Of a DNA stretch of 64,000 bases, positions 9,796 through 19,252 are shown piece after piece. The translations under genes and the position numbers were made by a program. Position 1 is the stretch's first letter. Each line of letters starts with the position of its first letter. A model generated the notes under the pieces. That model worked only from the letters and a program-made list of their open reading frames with translations, ran no database searches and had not been told where the DNA came from. Source of the DNA: a virus. Its lineage: Duplodnaviria; Caudoviricetes. The stretch is from IMG/VR virus record IMGVR_UViG_3300014205_000002, positions 32,001-96,000 of that record; one strand, given 5' to 3'.

Positions 9796-10254
9796 ATGCC
9801 CTACGACGAAACCGGCTACGATCTGTATCTCGTCACCCGCGCGAAGGCCCCCGAACCCCCCGGTCGCCTTGCGGTCATTGCGATGGGCGGCCTGGATGCG
9901 TATGGCGAGACCGTCGTTCAGCATGTAGAAGAGGTGGATCGCCCCACGCTCCTGCTCGCTCAGTACGAAGCGGCGATCGTGGGGCTTGAGCAGGCGGTGC
10001 GCCGCGGCGCACAGATTGTCGAGCTGCTTGTCGACTCGCCCGTTCTGCTGGCCCAGTACCTCTCGACGGAGACGCCGGCCGATCCAAGCGTCGCCAAGGC
10101 GCTCATTCGGCTGCGCTGGCTCGCCCGCGGATTCAACAAGCTCGTAGTGAGCGCGAATCCCGCCCCCGACACCCCCCACGGCGTGCCCGCGCACCTGATC
10201 GACTTCTGTCGCGTCAAGCGCCAGGAGCAGGATGCGGCCGTCCTAGCCCCCTAG
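9796..10254 (+). CDS. RNase HI-like fold protein, probably inactive
   Basis: AQYEAAIVGLEQAVRRGAQIVELLVDSPVLLAQY matches the RNase HI pattern AEYEALIxGL...GDSxLV. Confidence 0.65.
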   Translation: MPYDETGYDLYLVTRAKAPEPPGRLAVIAMGGLDAYGETVVQHVEEVDRPTLLLAQYEAAIVGLEQAVRRGAQIVELLVDSPVLLAQYLSTETPADPSVAKALIRLRWLARGFNKLVVSANPAPDTPHGVPAHLIDFCRVKRQEQDAAVLAP

Positions 10255-10263
10255 GAGATCCGA

Positions 10264-10749
10264 GTGAACAGCTACCACATCACGAGCAAAGGCACCGCCG
10301 CGACCACCGAGATCACGGTATTCTCCAAGGCGGACGGCGGGATCGAGTCGATGGCGATCCCGTCTGGCAACCTCCAGGGCCTGCGCCTGGCGGTAACGTC
10401 TGAGGTCGATCGCCCGATTCTGGAAGTCTTCTTCATCGGCAACGGTCAGATCGGTGCCGACGGCCGGATCGCGAAGTTGGTCGGCCTCAACCCCCACGAC
10501 ACCCTGGACTTCTCGCTCGAAGTCGAGAAGGACGGCCAGACCTACCTCGCCGTGGTCGCGAGCGATGAATACTCGCTGCGCATCGACGGCGTGACCGTGC
10601 TCGACTCGCGCAAGAAAAACGGCGGGTTCGCGCTGAATCTCTCGGCCGACGGCTTCGGGGTCGAGTTCGCGACCTTCTTCAATCTGGTGGCTCCGGCCCC
10701 GGGCGATGCGATCGCGCAGCCCCCGCAGCCTGCGGGTGCCGGCGCATGA
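10264..10749 (+). CDS. Hypothetical protein
   Basis: 161 aa; AGGAG RBS; phage-like codon usage. Confidence 0.6.
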   Translation: MNSYHITSKGTAATTEITVFSKADGGIESMAIPSGNLQGLRLAVTSEVDRPILEVFFIGNGQIGADGRIAKLVGLNPHDTLDFSLEVEKDGQTYLAVVASDEYSLRIDGVTVLDSRKKNGGFALNLSADGFGVEFATFFNLVAPAPGDAIAQPPQPAGAGA

Positions 10750-11444
10750 GCATCAAGACCCTGACGCCACACTACCCGACCCTCGACGCCTCGGACCTCT
10801 TTCGCCGACAGGCGACGGTCCCATTTATCGGCATGTCGATCGGCCTCAAGGCGGCTAACAAGCAGCGCCATGAGGCCGCCGGCGCGCCTGTCGCGGTGTG
10901 CTTCCACTGGAGCGCTGGCGACTGGGACGACGTCTACGACGACTACCGGTTCGGCGTGGTCTGGAACAACGTCAGTCGCCAGACCGGCCTAATCAAGACG
11001 CTCGACTGGAAAGAGAAAGAGCAGGCCGTCTGGGGTCGCAACACGGGCGTCGTGAATATTGGCTTCGCTGGCATGATGGATGCGTATCAGGACGCCGCAA
11101 GCAACCTGGTCACAGGTCCGCGCCCGCTCAACACCGACATGATCACGCTCGGAGCCCTGATCGGGGCAGAGGTCTGTGCGTGGAAGCGCATCGATCCGCG
11201 CGCCAAGATCACGGTGCCTGAGAAGCGCCCGAACGCGGACATGACCCAGCTGATTCCGACCGGCCGCATGATCAAGGTGCCGACCGTATGGGATCACGCT
11301 GGCTGGGCCAAGGTCGACGGCTACGCCCGCCATCGCTGGGACATCCATAAGTACCAGCCCGAGGTCAATAAGAGGCTCTTGGAGTTCTACGACGAACTCA
11401 AGGCCCGCACCCGCCAGTTTCAGTTTGAGACATTCCTGAAATGA
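10746..11444 (+). CDS. Endolysin, N-acetylmuramoyl-L-alanine amidase (Amidase_2-like)
   Basis: Motifs FHWSAG, WGRNTG.VNIGF, WDHA...DGY...RWDI. Confidence 0.65.
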   Translation: MSIKTLTPHYPTLDASDLFRRQATVPFIGMSIGLKAANKQRHEAAGAPVAVCFHWSAGDWDDVYDDYRFGVVWNNVSRQTGLIKTLDWKEKEQAVWGRNTGVVNIGFAGMMDAYQDAASNLVTGPRPLNTDMITLGALIGAEVCAWKRIDPRAKITVPEKRPNADMTQLIPTGRMIKVPTVWDHAGWAKVDGYARHRWDIHKYQPEVNKRLLEFYDELKARTRQFQFETFLK

Positions 11445-11554
11445 TGACCAAGGACGGCAAGCTGCGCTGCCCCTGCTGCGCCAGCGATCAGGTGAACGTG
11501 ATCGGCGACGCGGCCACGTGTCAGCCGTGTCTACACGTATGGACAATCTCATGA
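11441..11554 (+). CDS. 37-aa zinc-ribbon peptide
   Basis: MMTKDGKLRCPCCASDQVNVIGDAATCQPCLHVWTIS; two CxxC; ATGA overlaps with both neighbours. Confidence 0.55.
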   Translation: MMTKDGKLRCPCCASDQVNVIGDAATCQPCLHVWTIS

Positions 11555-12126
11555 GTGCCTGGAGTTGGTGGCTGCGCTGCCTGGGTCTCGTTGGCTACAT
11601 GGCGTTCGTGTTCGCGATCGCGCCGGCCAGCGCGACCGCGGCCCGGCCGATCCACAGCAGCGGCGTCGTGATCGATACGGTCGCAATGGGCGTACATGAC
11701 GGCGACACCTTCACGATCAACCTCTACGGTCTGGTCGATCATGTCCGGCTCTGGGGCGTGGATGCGCCGGAGCTGGCTCAGGCTCCCTGGGGGAAGCGTG
11801 CGCGCGACAAGCTGGCCGCGCTCGTTGGTCGCCAGGGCGTCCGGGTCGAGGTGCGCAGCGCGGCTCGACCTCGGGACGGCTACGGGCGCATCCTCGCACT
11901 GGTGTACCTGCCGGACGGCACCTGCGTGCAGCACGAGCTTCTGAGGGAAGGCCTCGCGCTCACCGCCGACTACGGGGACGCGCTCCCCACCTGGGACACC
12001 ATGTGCCTGCTGGAAGACTCGGCCAAGCGCTTACGTAAGGGGGTATGGGGCGATCCCTTGTTCGTGGTCCCCAAGGCCTACCGCCGCAACCACGGCGTCG
12101 GCCGCCTCGTGGGTGGCAACCACTAG
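11551..12126 (+). CDS. Thermonuclease (SNase) family protein with N-terminal signal/TM segment
   Basis: DGDT, VRLWGVDAPE, DGYGRILA and LLREGLA motifs. Confidence 0.85.
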   Translation: MSAWSWWLRCLGLVGYMAFVFAIAPASATAARPIHSSGVVIDTVAMGVHDGDTFTINLYGLVDHVRLWGVDAPELAQAPWGKRARDKLAALVGRQGVRVEVRSAARPRDGYGRILALVYLPDGTCVQHELLREGLALTADYGDALPTWDTMCLLEDSAKRLRKGVWGDPLFVVPKAYRRNHGVGRLVGGNH

Positions 12127-12384
12127 GCTCTCGGGGACCGCATGAACCTGGACGGTCGCGAGGTCGTCGCTGAGGTAAGCCAGCAGAAGCGCCAGTTCCC
12201 TGAGTGCCGTCTTCGCGGTCTCGATATGAACGGGGTCTACCAGAACCGGTAGACCCCGTTCAGCCAGGTACGCGCGGAAGGTCTCGACGTCGGAGACCGT
12301 GTTGACCAACTCCAGATAGCAGCCATTCATGCTGTGACGCAAGAAGGTTTCGCTCTTGGGGTTGAAGATGTGTTCTTTGTTCAT
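12031..12384 (-). CDS. Hypothetical protein
   Basis: 117 aa; GAGG RBS; fills the gap but overlaps the nuclease 3' end by about 95 nt. Confidence 0.45.
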   Translation of the reverse strand: MNKEHIFNPKSETFLRHSMNGCYLELVNTVSDVETFRAYLAERGLPVLVDPVHIETAKTALRELALLLAYLSDDLATVQVHAVPESLVVATHEAADAVVAAVGLGDHEQGIAPYPLT

Positions 12385-12426
12385 GGTGCCTCGTGGGTTA
12401 AGTCATCCGCGTGTTATGATGTCGTC

Positions 12427-13191
12427 ATGATTGACGACGAGACCATCATCAAGGCCTACCTGTCAGGCCTGAGCATCCTGGACACGGCGCGCGAGACCGG
12501 CGCGTCCAAGTGGATGGTTGAGAAAACATTGAAGGCTGCGGGCGTGATGCGCGGTCTCTCCGAGCAATATGCCACCGGTGCATCCGCCTCCGGGAAATTG
12601 ATCGGCCGACCAGCGAAAGAGTTGCCGGAGGGCACCCTGGAAGAGATGCTGCGGCTTTACGATGGCGGCAAGAGCGCCAAGGCGATCGCAAAAGTGATTG
12701 GGATCGATCACCACCGGGCCACGGATATCATTCGTGAAGCAAAGGGCCTGACGTCCTTAAAGAAAGGGGGTTACGGGTGTGGCGGCCTCAAGCCCGGCGC
12801 GATCAAGCGCAAGGCTGTCGGTGGCGATCTGCGCCAGTGCGCCGACTGCAAAGTCGAGAAGCCGTTGGGAGAGTTCAGGAAAAACGGAACGCGCGTCGGT
12901 GGTCTCGCTATTTACTGCAAGCCTTGTTTCTCTGAACGCAGTAAATGGGTTGGCATGAAAGCACTCTACGGCGTCTCGCGAGAGCAGTTTGAAGACATGC
13001 TGCGGAAGCAAGAAGGCGTCTGCGCAATATGCCATAAGCCATGCAACTCAAAGCGCCGGCTATCGATCGATCATTGCCATGCGACCGGGAGAATAAGGGG
13101 ACTGCTTTGCATTAACTGTAACCATGGTCTCGGCCACTTTAAAGACAGTGTTGAATTATTAACAAATGCGCGCGACTATCTATCAGTGTGA
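12427..13191 (+). CDS. Endonuclease VII-type (His-Me finger) free-standing homing endonuclease with N-terminal HTH-like segments
   Basis: YGVSREQFEDMLRKQEGVCAIC...IDHCHATGRIRGLLCINCNHGLG; AT-richer than flanks; start taken at ATG 12427. Confidence 0.85.
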   Translation: MIDDETIIKAYLSGLSILDTARETGASKWMVEKTLKAAGVMRGLSEQYATGASASGKLIGRPAKELPEGTLEEMLRLYDGGKSAKAIAKVIGIDHHRATDIIREAKGLTSLKKGGYGCGGLKPGAIKRKAVGGDLRQCADCKVEKPLGEFRKNGTRVGGLAIYCKPCFSERSKWVGMKALYGVSREQFEDMLRKQEGVCAICHKPCNSKRRLSIDHCHATGRIRGLLCINCNHGLGHFKDSVELLTNARDYLSV

Positions 13192-13194
13192 AGG

Positions 13195-14805
13195 TTAAAT
13201 CTTTCCTGTTCGATGTAAAGTAAGAATTAAATTTGCGTACACTGCACAGTGAGCGAAATCGTCCGGGCTATCATCTGAATGGTCGTATTTAAACTTATCA
13301 TTGTTGTTTCTGTCTTCGATCGGTTCTTCTCTGATACACAGAATCATATCCGCGAACAACTTGAAGAACGACCAATGTGGAAACCAGTATTTCAGCGTGC
13401 GCATCTTCGTGAACGTCTCGCTCATGGCTTTCGTTCTATTGACCTTCCAGAGCCGCGAGTTCGGATCCCAGTGGGTCAGTTCATGCTGCTCGGAGACGTA
13501 CATGAACATGTGAACCGGCATCTTGATCTTCGCCTTGAGCAGCTCAGACTGGAGCAGGCCCGCACCCCAGTCGACGCCCACGTGGGTGACGCAGAAGTCC
13601 CGGATCTTGAGGGCGATCTCGTCGATCTGCTGGAAGAGGTCGGGGTTCGTAAACTTGTGGATGTAGATGGCCTGGAGCCTGTCGTCTCGGGTCAGCCCCC
13701 AGATGGCGAGCACGGTGAACGAGCGCCTGGCGGTCAGGCCCCAGTCGACAGTGGCGTAGATCGCAAGGAAGTCGTCGCGGCCCGGCATGAAGTAGTCGTA
13801 TGGCTCGAATTCGGGCTCGCAGCAGGCCTTGAGGTGATCCTCGTCGAGGATCGAGATACCGGAGCCCGCCGCCTGGCCCATCACCTCATTCAAGAACGTG
13901 ATGTTGTCGGCGTTGTGCAGCTTCCAACAGATCTTTGCCCACTTCTCCTCGTACTCGGTGTGACCGGGCATGATGATCTGCGGAATGCGGAAGCCGATCC
14001 ACTCCTGATCGAGCCCGGCCATCGCGCGCCAGTAGCCGGCCCGTACGTCGCAGACGGCCTTGCAGCGCTTGCAGCAGAAGCCCTTGAGCTGGATGTTCTC
14101 GATCGCCGGTAGGTTGTGGTGACCGCTCGGACAGATCACGATCCACTCGCACTGGCTGGAGCGCCGGAAGGTCTCCTCTAGCACGTTGCCCTTGGTCTTG
14201 GCCGTGCCCGTGCGCAGGATAAATTGCATGTCCGGCTTCTGGCCCGAGAGCGACTCCTCGACGATCGCGAGGTCATCGCTGACCATGTCCTGAACTTCGT
14301 CTTCAAGGATGCGGTTGGCCGACAGGCCGCGCAGGCTTTCTAGCTGGGAGGTCGCGCCGAAGTACATGACCGAGCCGTTGACGAAGCTGCGGTCGGTGAC
14401 GTTCTTGCGGCAGTTGTTGTCGACCCACCAGTTCTTCACGTCCGGCGAGGCGATGATCTTGCCGATATTCTGCGAGTAGCGGCGCATCTGCATCAGCGAC
14501 GGCAGGACGGCGATCGACTCCCAGTGATGCGAGCCGAGACACTCGGCGGTCTGGAAGTTCCGGGCCGTGACCGACTTGCCGACCTGACGCCCCGAGCAGA
14601 TCACGGTGTACTTCGCGCTGACGTTGTAGATGTCGGCGAACGGCGGATGCTCGTCCAGCGAAAAGCTTTCGCCCTTCAACTTGAACATCGACTCGGCGAT
14701 CGTTTGCTTGTTCGTGATGATGATCTGGCGACCATCCTGGTCAGTCGAGACCAGGGCCGGCCGGCCGTGTTCGTCGCGTATCAGAACCGGCGTGGATGCA
14801 CCCAT
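13195..14805 (-). CDS. terL: Terminase large subunit
   Basis: Walker A GRQVGKS; LRGLSANRILEDEVQD Walker B; TGTAK coupling motif; nuclease VDWG; AAGGGAG RBS before ATG 14805. Confidence 0.9.
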   Translation of the reverse strand: MGASTPVLIRDEHGRPALVSTDQDGRQIIITNKQTIAESMFKLKGESFSLDEHPPFADIYNVSAKYTVICSGRQVGKSVTARNFQTAECLGSHHWESIAVLPSLMQMRRYSQNIGKIIASPDVKNWWVDNNCRKNVTDRSFVNGSVMYFGATSQLESLRGLSANRILEDEVQDMVSDDLAIVEESLSGQKPDMQFILRTGTAKTKGNVLEETFRRSSQCEWIVICPSGHHNLPAIENIQLKGFCCKRCKAVCDVRAGYWRAMAGLDQEWIGFRIPQIIMPGHTEYEEKWAKICWKLHNADNITFLNEVMGQAAGSGISILDEDHLKACCEPEFEPYDYFMPGRDDFLAIYATVDWGLTARRSFTVLAIWGLTRDDRLQAIYIHKFTNPDLFQQIDEIALKIRDFCVTHVGVDWGAGLLQSELLKAKIKMPVHMFMYVSEQHELTHWDPNSRLWKVNRTKAMSETFTKMRTLKYWFPHWSFFKLFADMILCIREEPIEDRNNNDKFKYDHSDDSPDDFAHCAVYANLILTLHRTGKI

Positions 14806-14881
14806 GGGGCTCCCTTGTAGATGCGCCTCCGAAGTGGTAGCTTGGTACTGCCAGTTTAGCATACGAGCAGGAGGAACCCCC

Positions 14882-15328
14882 ATGGGATTCGAGCTTCCGA
14901 CCGTCCAGGGCCCGCGCAATCGCACCGGCGAGCTCAAGCCCAATGGTCTTTTCGTCAGGCAGCATGCCAAGTCTCGCGTCAACGAGACGATCCCCTACGA
15001 GAACATCAAACGTGTGATCGGCACGGACAAGGACCTCGAAGTGATCTTTCACGACGGCGTCATCGACCCCGAGACGCAGGCGGTACGCAAGCCGATCGTC
15101 TTTGCGATCATGGAAGGCTCCAGTCACCAGATTCTTGACATGGAGAAGTTCATCGAGGGCTACGTGCTCGCGCAGAACCGCGGCAAGATGGACGAGCACG
15201 GCGAGGCGATCGTCGGCATCATCACGCAGCGCGCCAGTGCGCTGGAGAAGGAAGTGGTCTCGCCGTGGCCCGAGTTCGACATGGATCGCGTGCAGAACCG
15301 CCTCGACAACGCGTTCAGCTTCGCCTAG
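14882..15328 (+). CDS. Hypothetical protein
   Basis: AGGAGG RBS before ATG 14882; divergent from terL. Confidence 0.65.
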   Translation: MGFELPTVQGPRNRTGELKPNGLFVRQHAKSRVNETIPYENIKRVIGTDKDLEVIFHDGVIDPETQAVRKPIVFAIMEGSSHQILDMEKFIEGYVLAQNRGKMDEHGEAIVGIITQRASALEKEVVSPWPEFDMDRVQNRLDNAFSFA

Positions 15329-15350
15329 GGCGACTCGTTTCCCAGGCCCC

Positions 15351-15358
15351 CTATAATA
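15351..15358 (+). promoter_or_regulatory. Putative late promoter CTATAATA
   Basis: Exact motif 40 nt upstream of 15399. Confidence 0.7.
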
Positions 15359-15398
15359 CCCTCGGACATCGACATGTCGGCCCCGAGGTGAGAGTGGC

Positions 15399-16160
15399 AT
15401 GAACAACATCCGACCCGATCTGGACGCCATGGCCCGCGAGATTGCATCCGCGCCACTTGCATCCAACCGTGACCTTGAGGACGCGATCACCAAGATCGCG
15501 TCCGAGCGGGGTCTGTCGGCCGGGGTGATTCAGGCGCTCACGCCGCTGGTGAACCGGCATGTATACAAGCGCGCGATGCTCGATGGGCGCAAGGACGAGT
15601 CTCCGCTCGCCGACGCCGGGGCGATCTTGCACCGGATGCGCCCCGCTGCCACCAAGTCCGCCGCAGCGACCGCAGCTCCCACGGGCTTCGGCTCGGGCGG
15701 CATCGGCGTCGGCGGACAGTTCTCGGGCGCACCCAAGCCGCTCAATGTCGGCCCGATGATGACGGCCAAGTACGCGAGCCAGGAGCGCGGCCTGGAGACG
15801 GAAGTCAAGGGCTTGAACGCCCAGGTTCGCCAGGGCAAGCAAGAGATGATCGGCCTCGCCAAGTTCGCGCGGCAGGTCGGCCTGGTCGGCACCGCTGGCT
15901 TCGACGACCTGATCGCAGCCCAGCCGGAGTACGCGCAGTCGCTCATGCGCGAAGCGGTTGAGAAGTGTGCGGCCACGGTGTGGCCGTACTCGCCCGAGCA
16001 GCTCAAGCTCTACCTGCCCACCGCGATCGCGCAGATCGAGAAGATGGCGGCGATCGCGGGCTCGATTCACGACTCCGAGGTCGCGATCCTCGACGCCAAG
16101 GAAAAGCTCGACCATGTCCGTGCGGAGTTGGGCGTGTTTCGTGGAGGGTATCGCCTGTGA
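15399..16160 (+). CDS. Head-cluster virion protein (KxA-rich)
   Basis: 253 aa; KIAS, KSAA, KYAS, KFAR, KCAA, KMAA. Confidence 0.6.
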   Translation: MNNIRPDLDAMAREIASAPLASNRDLEDAITKIASERGLSAGVIQALTPLVNRHVYKRAMLDGRKDESPLADAGAILHRMRPAATKSAAATAAPTGFGSGGIGVGGQFSGAPKPLNVGPMMTAKYASQERGLETEVKGLNAQVRQGKQEMIGLAKFARQVGLVGTAGFDDLIAAQPEYAQSLMREAVEKCAATVWPYSPEQLKLYLPTAIAQIEKMAAIAGSIHDSEVAILDAKEKLDHVRAELGVFRGGYRL

Positions 16161-16594
16161 GCTTCAACAAGGAAGCCTTCTGGGATCGCATTGCCGCTGG
16201 CGTCAAGGCTACGCTCAGTCAGCCAAAGATGCAGACCCAACTCGCGGTAGCGGCCGGCGTTGGCGCATTCGGTCTCGGCCAGATGGCCATGGGTCGGCTC
16301 GCCGAGCATCGCTCCTACAATCAGATGCTCGATCTCTACCCCGAGCTCAAGCGCGAGAACCCCGAGCAGGTCAAGCTCTACTTCGACACGATCCGCTCCT
16401 CCGCCCCCGGGCTCGCGAGGCAGCCGCTGGTCGCGGGCTCCGTGGTCAAGCGACTGGTGAACTTCGGCGGATTCGATCATGCCGTCTACAAGGATCTCCT
16501 CTCCGCCCAGAGCGTCATCAACGGTAACTCGGGCCACTTCGGCGAGCAGTTGCTGGGCCTCAACAAGACCGTCAACTCAATGCTCTCTCCCTAG
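16157..16594 (+). CDS. Head-cluster hypothetical protein
   Basis: GTG start overlapping upstream stop; GGAGG RBS; hydrophobic Gly/Ala segment. Confidence 0.6.
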   Translation: MSFNKEAFWDRIAAGVKATLSQPKMQTQLAVAAGVGAFGLGQMAMGRLAEHRSYNQMLDLYPELKRENPEQVKLYFDTIRSSAPGLARQPLVAGSVVKRLVNFGGFDHAVYKDLLSAQSVINGNSGHFGEQLLGLNKTVNSMLSP

Positions 16595-16629
16595 CGTCCG
16601 CATCCCCAAAGCCCACCCACCCGGTCTCC

Positions 16630-16637
16630 CTATAATA
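16630..16637 (+). promoter_or_regulatory. Putative late promoter CTATAATA
   Basis: Exact motif upstream of 16670. Confidence 0.7.
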
Positions 16638-16669
16638 CGGGTAGACAAGCGTCCACTCAGGAGGAAACC

Positions 16670-17152
16670 ATGTCCGCATTTGATCTGTTCATGACGATCC
16701 AGAATAAGAAGGCGAACGAAGCCGTCGGTGCCGGCTCCGTCGGCAACGGTCCCCAGAACATGGGGATGCAGGATTCTGACCCAGCCACCGCAACCAACAG
16801 CGCCCTCTCGGCCCAGCGCGCCGCAGCCTCGGCCGCACCGGTCGGCGTCGGCCTGGAGCCGGACGGCGGCATGGGCACAAACAAGTCTATCCCAACGGCG
16901 ATGCCTGGCCAGAACCTGTTCCAGGCCGTCGAGCAGGCTGCCGCCACCGGCAAGGTCGCCACGATCGTCGAGTACGCCAAGGGGTTCGCCGAACAGTGCA
17001 TGAATGTCAACATGCAGAACTACGCGAACACCAAGTCGGCATCGAGCGCCGAGCAAAACGCCTGGTTCGACAAGCTGGCTTCGAGCACGATCGAGGACGG
17101 CTACGAGATGGGCCGTCGTTTCGCGCTCCAGCGCCTGGCCGGCAAGGCGTAG
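16670..17152 (+). CDS. Head-cluster protein (scaffold/internal protein candidate)
   Basis: 160 aa; strong RBS; KxA motifs. Confidence 0.6.
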   Translation: MSAFDLFMTIQNKKANEAVGAGSVGNGPQNMGMQDSDPATATNSALSAQRAAASAAPVGVGLEPDGGMGTNKSIPTAMPGQNLFQAVEQAAATGKVATIVEYAKGFAEQCMNVNMQNYANTKSASSAEQNAWFDKLASSTIEDGYEMGRRFALQRLAGKA

Positions 17153-17169
17153 GCGTCAATCCGTCATGA

Positions 17170-17193
17170 GGGGCGGCGGGCAACCGCTGCCCC
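17170..17193 (+). terminator. GC-rich hairpin with GCAA loop (terminator or mRNA stabiliser)
   Basis: GGGGCGGCGG-GCAA-CCGCTGCCCC, intergenic; no immediate U tract. Confidence 0.5.
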
Positions 17194-17206
17194 AGGAGTT
17201 TTCACG

Positions 17207-17860
17207 ATGCAGAAGCCCACGATCGGGGTCATCGCGCTCGCGGCGGCCGCCAAGGCCGCCAATGTCGGCGATCCCTACGATCAGATCGTCAACCCCGTCG
17301 CGAACACCGCTTCAACAGCGGCTCGCCATGCGGTGACGGGAGCTGGCATCGGGACCGGCCTCAGCACAGCCCTCGCGATTGCGACCAAGGGAAAGAAGAT
17401 CGGCATGCCCGGCATCGGCACCGCCGCCGTCGCCGGCGGCACGCTGGGCGGCATCTCCGGCGTGCATAATTCAAACCAGCATCGCCGCGAGGCCATGCTC
17501 CAGATGGGCATCCCCAAGATGGCCGGCCTGCTCGCGCTCGCAGCCACGGCCAAGAGCGCCGGCATGTGGGACGAGGCCGCCCGCGGCTGGAAGGCCTTCG
17601 ATTCGCGCCTCGTCCATGTGGGCACGGGTGTGCGCCGGGCGACGGAGATGGTCGGTGAAGGTCTTGAGAGCGTCGGGCGCGCCGGCACGGCGCTCAAGGG
17701 CGTGGGCGCGCAGATGAACGACCAGATCGCTGGCCGCATCGCCACCGGTGCCGCCTGGACACTGGGGATCGGTGCGGTCGCGAAGAACGTGGCCGAGCAG
17801 AAGATCCTCGACGAGCAGATCACCGCCCGCCGCCGCCAGGCTGCGGCCTACTACGGGTAG
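17207..17860 (+). CDS. Gly/Ala-rich head-cluster protein
   Basis: 217 aa; glycine-zipper-like segments; KxA motifs. Confidence 0.55.
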   Translation: MQKPTIGVIALAAAAKAANVGDPYDQIVNPVANTASTAARHAVTGAGIGTGLSTALAIATKGKKIGMPGIGTAAVAGGTLGGISGVHNSNQHRREAMLQMGIPKMAGLLALAATAKSAGMWDEAARGWKAFDSRLVHVGTGVRRATEMVGEGLESVGRAGTALKGVGAQMNDQIAGRIATGAAWTLGIGAVAKNVAEQKILDEQITARRRQAAAYYG

Positions 17861-17866
17861 GCCGCC

Positions 17867-19252
17867 GTGGGCGAGTGGCAGGAAAAGATCATCCCATCGG
17901 GTGATCGCACATTCTTGAACGAGGGCGAGCAGCGCGTGACGCCGCTCGTGTCTTGCCACGGCCGCCTTGAGATCGACGATCGACGCGGGCGCACCAAGGT
18001 CGCCGCCGCCGAAGAGGCGCTTGAAGCCGCCGCCAAGATCACGCCGGTGGCCGGCCGCGTCTACATCCTAAACGTGGCGCTGGGCTCGTTTGAGTTCTGG
18101 GGCGACAACAACAACGGCGACGCCTTCCCCGAAGCCGGCCTCCTGGGCCTGCCACCGGCGGACGTGCCGATGTCGTTCTTCGACCGCCTCGCCGCACGCA
18201 TGAAGGGTAAGGACTGGGGGCACAAGACCTTCCTGAACGGCCACACCTTTGAGGAGCACCGGAACACCGATCCGTCACTCGCGATCGGCGGCATCGCAGG
18301 CACCTACTGGAACGATCGCATGCACCGCTGCGAGAACATCCTCTGGATCGACCGCAAGAAGGGTGCGAAGTGGGCCACCCGTATCGACGCCGGCGAGCCG
18401 GTCGGCACCTCAATGGCCTGCAAGATCCCCTTTGATCGCTGTTCGCGGTGCGGCAACCTCGCGGTCACCCGCGTGAGCTACTGCCAGCACCTCAAGCCGG
18501 GCATCAACTCCCAGAACCGTCACATCCTCGCGGACGGCCTGCGCGTGTGCATGATGAACGACTTCCCCTGGTTCTTCGACGACTCGATGGTCGAGAACCC
18601 CGCTGCCCCAGAGGCCCTGACGCTCATGAAGATCGCGAGTGCGCCCGCCGTCCCCGCCAAACGCGCCGAACTGACCAAGGACACGCCGGACCTCCCCAGC
18701 GACGTGATGGCCGACGAGGAGGCCCTGGCCCTCTATGACGCCGAACAGCGGCTGCCGATCGAAGCCCTCGCAAAGCTCGCGGGCCTCGGCCTGCCGTCGA
18801 TCCTGGAGGCCAGTGAACGACTAGGCATGGCGCTGCGCCCGAGTGAAGTCTTCGCCCTGCACTTCGGCCTCAAGTACGCCAGCGACGACACCATTGACCT
18901 CGATCGGCTCGCGGTGCGCCGCCCGGTTCGATACGATGACGTCGATCTCTCTGCGCTCAAGTCCGCAGGCCAGCCACTTGCCCCCAGCTGGGACTTTCGC
19001 AAGGTCGCGCGGGCCCAGGCGCTGCTGGCCCCCTTCGCGCCCAGCCGCTCCTATCTACCCGAGCACCTGGTCGGCCGGCTTGTCCGGCTCGCGAAGTCTG
19101 CCGCCAGACTTTCTCCGCCGATCATGAGCGAGCGCGCCGACAGCCAGCTCGCGATCTACCACGCGCTTTGCAAGCTCGCATCGGGTCGCGTCGGCGTCGC
19201 CAGGCCGAATGCGGCCGCGATCACGCGCCTGCTCGCCGAGGGGCCAGCATGA
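17867..19252 (+). CDS. Prohead (capsid maturation) protease
   Basis: NNNGDAF, EEH, SMACKIPFDRCSRCGN...YCQHLK and DSMVENPAAPEA fit HK97/herpes-fold phage serine proteases with a Cys-rich insert; upstream of MCP. Confidence 0.7.
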   Translation: MGEWQEKIIPSGDRTFLNEGEQRVTPLVSCHGRLEIDDRRGRTKVAAAEEALEAAAKITPVAGRVYILNVALGSFEFWGDNNNGDAFPEAGLLGLPPADVPMSFFDRLAARMKGKDWGHKTFLNGHTFEEHRNTDPSLAIGGIAGTYWNDRMHRCENILWIDRKKGAKWATRIDAGEPVGTSMACKIPFDRCSRCGNLAVTRVSYCQHLKPGINSQNRHILADGLRVCMMNDFPWFFDDSMVENPAAPEALTLMKIASAPAVPAKRAELTKDTPDLPSDVMADEEALALYDAEQRLPIEALAKLAGLGLPSILEASERLGMALRPSEVFALHFGLKYASDDTIDLDRLAVRRPVRYDDVDLSALKSAGQPLAPSWDFRKVARAQALLAPFAPSRSYLPEHLVGRLVRLAKSAARLSPPIMSERADSQLAIYHALCKLASGRVGVARPNAAAITRLLAEGPA

